A stretch of 64,000 bases of DNA. Origin: Azolla caroliniana (taxonomy: Eukaryota > Plantae > Polypodiophyta). Under the pieces are notes generated by a model. It did no database searches and was not told the origin of the DNA. It saw only the letters and a list, made by a program, of their open reading frames with translations. Below, piece after piece: positions 12,288-22,599 of this stretch (position 1 is the first letter of the stretch; the number at the start of each line of letters is the position of its first letter). Location of the stretch: the NCBI GenBank assembly GCA_043228905.1, contig JBHGNT010000018.1, forward strand, positions 9,238,001 to 9,302,000, in the 5' to 3' direction. A program made the translations under genes and the position numbers.

Positions 12288-14010
12288 TGTCATGATATGG
12301 CAAGACTCGAACCCATGACGTTATGCTACATGGGTCGAGGTCTTACCATTAGACTATGAATTGTAATACATAAGATATTATTTTCATTTATGCTTTATCA
12401 TAAAAAATTGATGTATATTCCAAATCTCTCTAGAACATTCTAGAAGTTTCAGGATTATTCCTGAGAACACTATAAAAGAGGGCATTAGGCATTATGTTGA
12501 ACCAAATTGGTTCAACGCCAGTCTTAAGCCTCTTAGCCACTTTGTACTTATCTTTTCCCATAATATATTAGCTGTTGTCATCATCTTTTTCTCTCTCTCT
12601 CCTCTTCTCACTTCCTCTCTCGGGAATCTTACGCAGTCCCGTCCTCTTAGTACTAATAGTACTGCTCTTCTTTAGTACTAATTCCATCTCTGCTTTAGTA
12701 CTATTCCTGACAGTTTGAACCAATTTTTTCCTCCAGCCTACTTGTCGTTCTCCCTCATCCTCCTACCCTTTTCCCTATACTATGGCTACTATTAGCGCCC
12801 AAGAATATCAATCCGTTTTCTCCGAGCTACAGTGCCTAAAAGAAAAGTTTGTTGCCCTGGAACAAGAAAACCAATGGTTGATAGGGGATCTGCAACAAAT
12901 CACTCTAGAAAAACAACAAATGCAACAACAACATGGGGAGTTAGCGTTATGGGTACAACAACTCGAAGCAGCGTTGCAACAACAAGGATCAAGTCCCCAA
13001 GGATTTCATAAAGAGCCCAAGATTGGACTTCCTGTGAAATTTGATGGAACTCGATCACAATTCCGAGGATTCCTTAATCAGGTACGCTTAGTCATCCAGA
13101 TGCATCCTTCCCGATATCCCACTGATGCATCTCGAGTCGGCCTAATAGGCACGTTACTTAGCGGCTCAGCCTTGGCATGGTTCACTCCGCTTCTAGAAAA
13201 ACAATCGCCCTTGCTTAATAACTTTGAAGATTTTATTGGTGAGTTTAAAGCCTACTTTGGAGGTACCGATAGCATCAGGACGGCGATCAACAAGATCCGA
13301 AGATTGCGTCAAGGCGATCGTCCAGCCTCTGCCTACGCGGAAGATTTCCGTCTACTCGCCTCAGATATCCCCTGGGATGATCAGGCCCTCATGGAGCAGT
13401 TTCGCTACGGCTTGCGCAACGATGTCAAAGACTTTCTTTTAACCTTCCCCAAAGAACCAAAGTCTCTTACGGAGGCAATCAGTCGAGCGGTCCGATGCGA
13501 CAACCGCCTTTTCGAACGGCGTTCGGAACATCAGTTACAAATACCACGCTCTCGGCCGGAACCCACATACGCCTCAGTCACAGCTAAATCGTTTGCACAC
13601 GATGTACCTCAAGCCAATATTCCGACACCGATGGAGATCGACACCATGCGTCGACGTGGCCTGTTATCGGAAGAAGAAAAGCAACGACGACGTGCCAATC
13701 AATTATGTCTTTATTGCGGTGGACCAGAGCATATCGCCATCAATTGTCCCCATAGGCCAAGAAGACAGGTAAATCAAATCGTCGCCTGTACTAAACCCGA
13801 GTCAATTCTTCCCTTCGGAGTGTCTGATAGTATTAATAGTACTAATAGAGTGTCAGATAGTATTCATAGTACTAATAGCCCAAGTATCTCAAACAAATTT
13901 GAAATCCTTAGTCAATTAGATGAAGAGTTAAACGATTGAGTCTAGCCAAAATAGGAGTCGTTTGGTTGGATAGCAGCCCTAGATCTATACAACCCATTAG
14001 TGGTTCCATT
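12288..14010 (+). mobile_element. Tcn1/Tf1-like chromovirus D: 5' LTR (12288-12712) plus gag, truncated at the start of pol
   Basis: TGTCA…TGACA LTR, TATAAAA at 12471, no tRNA PBS but a self-complementary PBS, gag of Tf1/sushi type. Confidence 0.85.
12782..13939 (+). CDS. gag: Intact Ty3/Gypsy Gag (coiled coil, retrotransposon capsid, CCHC knuckle), 385 aa
   Basis: Open ORF with PVKFDGTR…FLNQ, LLSGSALAWF, LRQG…YAEDF, FRYGL, PTPMEID and CLYCGGPEHIAINC. Confidence 0.9.
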   Translation: MATISAQEYQSVFSELQCLKEKFVALEQENQWLIGDLQQITLEKQQMQQQHGELALWVQQLEAALQQQGSSPQGFHKEPKIGLPVKFDGTRSQFRGFLNQVRLVIQMHPSRYPTDASRVGLIGTLLSGSALAWFTPLLEKQSPLLNNFEDFIGEFKAYFGGTDSIRTAINKIRRLRQGDRPASAYAEDFRLLASDIPWDDQALMEQFRYGLRNDVKDFLLTFPKEPKSLTEAISRAVRCDNRLFERRSEHQLQIPRSRPEPTYASVTAKSFAHDVPQANIPTPMEIDTMRRRGLLSEEEKQRRRANQLCLYCGGPEHIAINCPHRPRRQVNQIVACTKPESILPFGVSDSINSTNRVSDSIHSTNSPSISNKFEILSQLDEELND

Positions 14011-14309
14011 CCTTCCAAGCAAAAGTAATCTCAACTCATAATATTGATAGCCTAACTAGCCCAAAATGAACTTCATGACACTGATATGCAAAATAATTAG
14101 GGAAGCATTTGATGTATACCCGATCACATACTCTAAATGCAAAAACGGGAATGTGGTAGAACATCAGAGAGAAATGTGGCCTATGCAGTTTGAACAAGCT
14201 AGAGTGTCAAAATTTATATAAATAGGACGCTATATTGACTAGCTACCAAATCCACCTCTTTGTAGAAATAGGTTGTTATTTTTCTCGTGTCCCCATCTAA
14301 ACATGACCA

Positions 14310-17300
14310 AACAACTAAGGCCAAATTGGGATTGGCTTGTCGAAATGTACATGCTAGCCGACCGAGCCATACAACCTTGTGTCTGACGCAACTACATATT
14401 CGGCCTCAGTGGTAGAAGTGGTTGTGCACTCCTGAAGTTTCGACTTCCACGAAATTGCTCCATTGCCGAATTTGAAGCAATATCTAGTTGTTGACTTTCG
14501 ACTGTCCACACAGTCAGCAAAGTCCGAGTCAGTGTAACCGACTACTCCTGGGTTCTTGTTCGGAATGAAGAGGATACCAAGGTCTTGTGTGCCTACCAAG
14601 TATTTGAATACATGCTTGACTACATTCCAATGTGATTGACTTGGGTTGTGCATGAATCTACTGACAACTCCTATGGCATGAACATTGTCAGGCCGTGTCG
14701 CGACTCGCTACCATCGTGTACATCAAGGAGACGACTACCGGTGCGTACATTACCAACTTCATATCTTCCCCCTCCGGACCGGATGTAGGGCAGTCTCGTT
14801 GAGACAACTGAAGATTAATGGGGAGCATGGTCGAAGCAGATTTGGTCGAGTGCATGTTGATGCGCTCTAGGACACGTTTGAGGCAGTCGGCTTGAGACAA
14901 AAACAATTGTCACTTATTCCGGAGCCGACTAATCTTCATTCCAAGAATATGTGGAGTAGGACCTAGGTCCTTCATTGCGAACTTCAACCGCAATTTCTGA
15001 ACAAGATCGTTAAGATCTCCAACATGGCGTCAGCGTTGACTTCGACGAGATTTTTTCATCAGTGGAGAAAATGACCACCCTTCGATTCCTACTTAGTGTA
15101 GTGGCAGCCGAGGACTTGGAGCTTATACAGTTAGATATGAAGACATCCTTCCTCCATGGCGATCTAGAGGAGGAAATTTACATGGAGTAGCCGAGAGGCT
15201 TCATTGCAGCCGGCCAAGAGCATCTAGTCTGTCGAGTTAGGAAGAGTTTTTATGGCCTAAAGTAGGCACCTTGACACTTGTATAAGATGTTTGATGATTT
15301 TATCTAGTCAGTTGGCTTCTCAAAGAGCAATGAGGATCACTACCTCTTCATGATAACAACTCAAGATGCGTCTCCCATCTCCTCATCTTATACATGGATG
15401 ACATGCTACTCTTCGGCCGCAACTAATCTGGCTTTATACTTGGGATAGGCAGAATCTAACGTCTCTTTGATTCGATAGACCCATTTGCACGGAAGAGCAT
15501 GTCGATTGTTCGGTAAAGTTCGACGAAGTCCCATGTTTTATTGTGTTGGATACAATTAATCTCTAACTCCATCGCTAAGTGTCAGGTGGTCAAGTCGACG
15601 CATGCCGATGCTTCTTCATATGACGTAGGCTTGCCGGTGTCCATGAAGAAGATTCCGGGAGAGTATCTATCCGGTGGCTAATACGGTCATTCAGACCATC
15701 TAGGGATGACAGGGCTCGCCTGATCATTGCTGATGATCTCTCTTGGGTAGCCGATCCACTTTGTGGATCACTACGTAGGCCGCTCTCTGAGTCAATTGGT
15801 CTCGTGGAGGTGACATGCCATGTTGCCACTCTAGTGTGGAGTGTTGGACTGTCAAGAGGAGGGAAGGCATCCGAAAAAGTGACTCTTCTAACTTCAATTG
15901 GCCTTTCTGTCATCTTGTGCATCTACGACTCAATGAAAACGACTTCTAAACTTCGGATGATTTGTCAGTTTTTTGGATCCCAAAGTCTGTACCCGAATTC
16001 GCCTTCTAATCCATAGCCAAGGAAAATATATTTCTGGGATCGTGGCTCAAGCTTTTGGCGATCATCCTTAGGCACAAGTGTGAATGCTTCACAGCCAAAA
16101 ATCCGCAACTTCTCGTAATTCGACTACTGGCCGATCCAAAGCTCCTGCGGGATTTGAAGTCCACAGTCCTACTCGGCAACATGTTGATTATGTGCATTGT
16201 AGTGATAATCTAGTGTGTTGCATCATGGTGACAATTCTCTCCTGAATTGTCCGATTCATGCGTTTCGCAATGATGTTTTGTTCCGGACTATGCGGAGTTG
16301 TTAACTCTTGTTTGATGCCGCATTGTTGGCAATATCTGATGAATTCCTTCGTTTGGAATTCTCCACCATTATCCAATCTTAAGCATTTGAGCTTTTGGCC
16401 GGATTGGTTTTCAACCATTGCAAGCCACTCTTGGAAGATAGGGAACACTCGATCTTTGGTTCTTGCTAGGATTGACCAACCACAACCGGTTATCGTTCAT
16501 ATGAGGGTGCAAGGAAATGAGCAAGGTAATGCACAGACCAAGGAAACAAAAAACAGATATAGAGACATGAATATTTACGTGGAAAACCTGAAAAGGGAAA
16601 AACCACGGGAGTCCCCAAACTCTGAACTAAATCACTAGATGGTAAGAGGATTGTACAATAAGAAACTCGAAGGCAACAACCTTGAGTTCTTCTTCGTCAA
16701 CAGATGGCAACAACCACACAGTAACGACTCTGTTTACTCTCTCCTACTAACACTCAGACTTAGTTACAGAGGCAACAACCACACAATAACTATTGCTACA
16801 ATGATCAACCACACTCATAAAGTTTGCCCTAGATGTATTTATACTTATGCAACTTTCTAGCTATTTATAGATATAGCCCACATGGGGGCACATTCAGACT
16901 ATTTACAAATATAGTCTTCGAATCGGTTATATAATCGATTCTCGATTTCGTTTTCGGTTTCGGTTTGTTCACTTCATCCCATCCGAAGGGACCTATTTTC
17001 CGAATAGTTTTGATTAGATACACCCACACTTTTCTTGTTGAGTCGTCAATAAATGTGACGAAGTAAGAGGAGCCATCAAGAGATTGATGTGGCATTGGAC
17101 CACAGATTCTAAATGGACCAAGTCGAGGGGACTCGAACTCTCAGCTCTCTAGTCGGGTGTGAAGCGGCAATTTGTTTGCTGTATTGGCAGTGCTCACAAA
17201 ACTAGTGGTTGGAGAAAGAAAGCTTGGGGATGTATGTATCTAGCTCTAGATAAGTGTGTTATGCCAGCCTTGCTAAGGTGTCTGAGTCGTCCATGCCATA

Positions 17301-18270
17301 GCGAAGACACGGGAATATCTACCAAGAATATCTACCAAGTATAGTGAGTGTACCCTCTAGCAAGTAGGAGATTCCCCCTGTGGAGTGTCCACCCTCTTGA
17401 CAAGAAGCCAACACGGATGTCGTCCTCGTCAAGTTGTCTGACTAAGATCAACGGTTGTGAGAGCTCAAGTACATGTCGGACATTGTGTAGTACAAGTGTA
17501 GAACCACCTGGGAGGTTGAGCTCTACAATGATGATTCTGATGATAGCGTAGTGCTACAAATTTCCAACTCAGACTGAGTCGAAAAGTCAGGCCGAATATT
17601 GCCGAAATTGGTCAGGAAGAACTTCTCCCATGACTATTCGGTTGGTTGGCCGAACCTTGTACTACGTAAGCGTCGTTGGCTGAATCAATTGCAAATGATT
17701 TCCTCCGAGCGGCTTCAGTTAGGATTGAGCTTGTGACTTCGGAGTACTTCACTACAGCAGTCGACGCATTGCACACAATTGTAACAAAAGTTTCCCATGA
17801 AGGGGGGAGACTACTCATTAAAAGCATCACTTTTAGTTCATCCTCTATTGTCATCCCCTAGGCTAAAATCTGGGAGCTTAGACTTTCGTACTCATTCATG
17901 TGTGCTTGGACCAAGTCAAATTCTTTCATCTGAAGGTTGTGAAGGTGCCAAATCAAATATATCTTTGTGGTGGTGACCTTCTTCTCGTAAGTGTCTAAAA
18001 GTGTCTTGCATAGTTGGAAGGCAGTTGGACACAATTGCACTGTGAAGTACACTGACTTTGACAAGTGCATCCAAATGGTGGCTCAGACAATTCTATCAAG
18101 TTTCGTCATCATTTAGCTTGAATGCTTCTAGAGCGTTTTTTGTCTCGAATGGATCGATTTGACCCTTGACTATTAGATAGTCCTACATCTGCTCCTTCTA
18201 GAAGTTGAAGTTCAATCCATTGAACTTCCTTAGACTCATTTCTAATGAGCCGGATGTTGATGTCATCTAT
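14310..18270 (-). pseudogene. Copia A gag-pol remnants
   Basis: LLMSSLPPSWETF (gag), YFVTFIDDSTR and LRLDNGGEF…TPHSPEQN (integrase), KYKARLV (RT), GYTDSDFA…STTEAEY (RNase H); many stops. Confidence 0.88.
16464..17006 (-). mobile_element. Solo LTR inserted in the A integrase
   Basis: TSD GTTCT/GTTTT splits the host peptide VYLI|RTKDRV; conserved ACGTGGAAAACC…GGGAAAAACCACGG motif. Confidence 0.82.
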
Positions 18271-18946
18271 GTCGGCCTTGGGAGATTTTGTCTAGAGTTG
18301 GCTACAAACAGTGGTAGGGTGTAGCCAACTAGCTCACTCAAATTCGTTCTAGCCGCATTTGGACAAGAGTTTGTTGATTGGGTTTCGAATGACTATTGGA
18401 TGATGAATTTGCTCCAAGTGGCTACAACAAGTGGGGGGACAAAGCCGACTAGTCGTCCCGAATATCGCTTAGTCGAATTGAGAACAACTATATGCCAAAT
18501 AGATTTCGAATACCAATTTTTAGAGGCCGATCACAGATTATGTGCCTTCTTTTCAAGTCGATCTTGCTTCCAGTGACTACGAAGATTGGAGGGACAAATT
18601 TAAACTATTCTTCCTAGATTTCGTCTAGGTGAGTGAAGCACAAATGAGGTTGCTCCTAGGGTTGGATCTGCTTTGAGTGGTTACAACAAACGAGTAGACA
18701 TTGTTTAACCTGGTAAAGCACGATCGAGGCCAATTTGATAGAGATTCCACTTTGAGCGGCTACAATCACAAAGGCAAGGTAAAGCCGGTTGGCTTACCTT
18801 AAGAGTGATCTAGCTCAATAGAGTGCAAATCTTCAGTTGTCTTTCTCTTCTCAAGATGGGATCTTAAGCTCAGGGTCTTCAAAAAGATAGGGGCAAGAAT
18901 GTTGTTGAAAACAAATGGCGACCAACAACGAGTTGAATAACCTCGA

Positions 18947-19214
18947 GCTCTGATACCAAATGTTGGAGTCTGAGACCATCAATGCGGAAACAAGACCAGC
19001 ATCTATGCTTAGAAGATCACCAAGTTAGCATGGTAGAGCAAGATCAAGGATACAAAGTGAGAGTAAGAGAGAGATAGAGAGGCACACAATGTGTAACTAT
19101 ATTATTCAAAATTTAAAGTTACATCATAATGGAGACAACAACCTTATGAGCTAGGTTACAAATCCAATTATATACTAACTAGTCTATGCAAAGGCTAGTA
19201 TGAATACGACCATT
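18947..19214 (-). repeat. tRNA-iMet PBS (18947-18958) and 5' LTR of Copia A
   Basis: GCTCTGATACCA followed by AA and TGTTGGAGTCTGAG, matching the 7589 LTR. Confidence 0.88.
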
Positions 19215-19770
19215 TGAATACGAGTTCGCTACTTGTCCTTCAAGTGACAACCCGAACTTCGGCAATTTTCAATGCATCTACATCGGTCGTAGCCAGGCGT
19301 TGTGAGGAAGGTGTGGACATGTGCCTCAACTTCAGCTTCCTCATTGTATCTTATATATGGGTAAGGTATTGTGTCAATTTTTGAGTCCTCCAATACCCCC
19401 TCCACCAAACTGGGTTGCTATCATCAGGGTGTTCAACCTCGAAACTAGTACTGCCGGTCGATACTGGATCAGGAAGTGTTGCTGACTGGGCTTCTGATTC
19501 TTGGAGAGGGTGCTCAGTGAATGCGGATTTTGTCACACTCTTGTCTTGTTTTGCACGTTGGGGCTCGGACCGAGTGTGTGGTTCCCTATGGTGTGGCATT
19601 CCTACGACTAGGCCTTCCTCCTTTCGCTTGTTCGTTGTGTACTCATAGCTCGAACCGGGCGTGCCAATTTGTGTTACTCCCCTCTGGCGGAACACACTCT
19701 CGGTTACTCCTCTTGCCAGGTAACCAGATCAAGGTATTGTTGTAGGAAGGAGGGGAAGGGCTCCGAGTTG
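19215..19770 (-). mobile_element. Probable 5' portion (leader and gag start) of Gypsy G2
   Basis: GC-richer coding-like sequence directly beyond the A 5' LTR, where the interrupted host element should resume; no diagnostic motif. Confidence 0.4.
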
Positions 19771-19774
19771 TCCC

Positions 19775-20425
19775 GTCAACTATGACCAAGTTTCTTTCCC
19801 CTGACAAATTAAGGTCACTGAGGCACAAGATGGGCTTACGGAGAAATCAATCCGACTGAGTCGAACAATAGAGATAGCGTCGAACAATCGGTCTCAACTA
19901 TAGATCTGGCTTCTCCTCTCAGACCAACCAATTCGGCCTCTATTTCTATCGGCCATTACTGATTCCACTATAAGACGATCTGTACTAGTATCTCTTTGTA
20001 TATTCTATATCCTTTGTAAATTATATTACAAATCTCTCCTTAATGTATATGCACATTATGGGGGAGTGTCGAATATGGGTATATAATGGCCATATTCACA
20101 CTATCCCACTTGGACAGACTAGGTTTAGGACAATTATGTAAATATGTCAAAGGGCATTTGCCCTAACCCAATTAGTATGTAACTGACTTTGTAACCTAGT
20201 TCATACTGGTTGTTGTCATTCTTTGATTGTAACGTGTGGAATAATACAATTACATTGTGTGCCTCTCTATCTCTCTCACTCTCTATCTTTGATCTTGATT
20301 TTCGTCAAGTTGTCTTATTCATCTCTGTTTCTATTTGTTCAAGTTAATTCTGCCATCATCAACTTGGTGTTCTTCAACACCTACATGTTGTTTCTAATTC
20401 CTCACTCACGGTCTCATCTCCAACA
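19775..20425 (+). mobile_element. 3' fragment of an A-family Copia in opposite orientation (RH end, PPT, 3' LTR 20067-20425)
   Basis: MTKFLSPDKLRSLRHKMGL, PPT ATGGGGGAG, LTR is a diverged reverse complement of 7589-7917. Confidence 0.82.
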
Positions 20426-22411
20426 ACCATGTCATGACATACCTATCTCACTCTAATCGGGATTATATTACCATATGAGAAAATTTCATTAGTAGGAGAC
20501 AAAGAAGCTAGATGATCTTCCATCATTAGGGATAGACCATCCAAATCTTACTTTTTGTTGGTGAGGCTACTTATAAGAAAGTTTTGTATAGTTGATCATA
20601 TCTCACAAATGTACATGGAGGTTTCATCTTGATAGAGAGCATACATCGATTGGGTTTTGTTTTTGAAATGGTGAGTTAATCTATTATGAGATATTGCCAC
20701 CTCACACAAACTATGCATGATCACCAAATGGGGTGATGCACATTGTACATACCACGAGATGCTCTCATGTGTCATAGGTTCTTATGGGTTTGCCTTAAGT
20801 CCTAAAATAACTAGTTTACTACTTAACCTAGACTTACACCATTCAAATTAGATTTTGAATTGGTCCCTAAGTTTATCCCTATAACATGTGGCCCAACATT
20901 ACAATCATACATGTGTACACATGTTTAAGGGTCAATGTATAACACCCATGTATGAAATCTAGGAATAAGGCTTAAACAAAGGACTATATATTTGACTCGG
21001 ATACAAAGTCATCATGCTCGTTTCTTTTGGTTGAGGTGAGAGTTTTGTTTTTGTTTAGGTGTTTCTTTATTGAGTTCACTCATGTCAAAACAAAAAGAAA
21101 TTGTTTACCACTATATCTATTTCCCCTTTCTTCCTTGACCACCTTGTGCCCAACCATCACCGTTGTTGTTGCTAGATACACATTTTGTTGTGATATTGGT
21201 TGTCAATGTCTTTTTTCTTTGTTTAGGATTGAGTGATTGATCATACTTATTTATCTTGTCCATATAGTGTGCATTTAGACATGTGAAGCATGTGAAAGGG
21301 AGTAATGCAATGGATACATTGGTTCCTCCTAGATCAACCTATGCATCAATGGAACCACATATATTTTATAGACACATGACCACCTCCAAGTAATGAAATG
21401 ATGGTATGGATGGGTTTATAATCCAACCATGCTTCGAGCAACTATATCTAATGCATATAAGCAGTTTGCCATGCTCAAAGGTGGTCGATGAGGTAGCGAC
21501 AGAAGGGTGATGAGAGGGAGAGTCAACTTCTCTCATAGTGATTATAATTTATAACCATGTATAGCTTATCATTTATGTTATGCAACCATAGATTGACACA
21601 TGCGTGATATTCGCCATATTCTCCATGCGTGATATTCTCAATATTCGAGAATACAAAATGGCCCTAAGAATATTTAAAAACCATTCGTTTTGTAAAATAA
21701 ATATACAAACAATTAATTAATTAATTAATTTAAAAATAAATCAATTTAATTCACTAAAAAAAAGAACAATTATTCATTAATAATTTATAAAAATATGATT
21801 AGTATAAACTCTCATTTCTAGTGTCAAATAAAAAAAGAGGAGAGTTTATGAACCTTTATTTTATTTAAATAATTGATTTTTTTATTTTAAAAAAACGAAT
21901 ATTTTTTTATTTACTATGAAAACATGATTAATGTGAAGTCTCAATTTTAATGTCATGTAAAAATATCCATAAATTTTGGGAAAAGAAAAGGTGAAGAATT
22001 AATGAACCTTTCTTTTATTTTATTTATTTATTTGGTAAAGAATCAAGATCTCCACTGAAAATTTATTACTGTCGAGTCTCTCTCAACTCTCTATTTTATT
22101 ATCCCCTTTTTATTGTCAAGTCCCCCTTTTTTTCCTAAGAAACTAAAAGGAGGGAGTTCACCTCCTTTTTTTTCCTTTTTTTTAAAAACGAATACTTGAC
22201 CACACGAATGTATGCGTATTCGTTTGCATTCGAATGGAAAATCCCACGAATGCGAATATGTCAATCTATGTATGCAACTAACTAAGTCTGTCATTAACCA
22301 TGGTTAAATTAAAGAGGAGCAGGAGGGTTGGTATGTGTATATATAGGTTGTGAATCAAATCATCAAGTGAAGCACATACATACATACATACATACATATA
22401 CGAGAACAGGT

Positions 22412-22550
22412 ATGGGTGATGCAGAGGATGAAGACTTGACCCATGAAACCATCGAACAACAGCTTGAAGATCATCTCCAAGAACACAAGCTGTCTCTCTG
22501 TGCGCTCGAAGAGGCGTTAGCTTGTGATCCACAGAACGAGGAACTTTTAG

Positions 22551-22599
<49 letters not shown>

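Larger units (their letters stand above)
7589..19214 (-). mobile_element. Ty1/Copia element A, decayed, carrying nested elements B, C, D and a solo LTR
   Basis: Paired LTRs 7589-7917 and 18961-~19214 (second internally deleted and truncated), Met PBS 18947-18958, PPT-like tract at ~7918-7930, gag-INT-RT-RH order on minus. Confidence 0.88.

Noticed and set aside
12299-12360. Functional tRNA gene in LTR D or J
   Set aside because: Acceptor and anticodon stems do not pair properly; reported only as a tRNA-like cassette.
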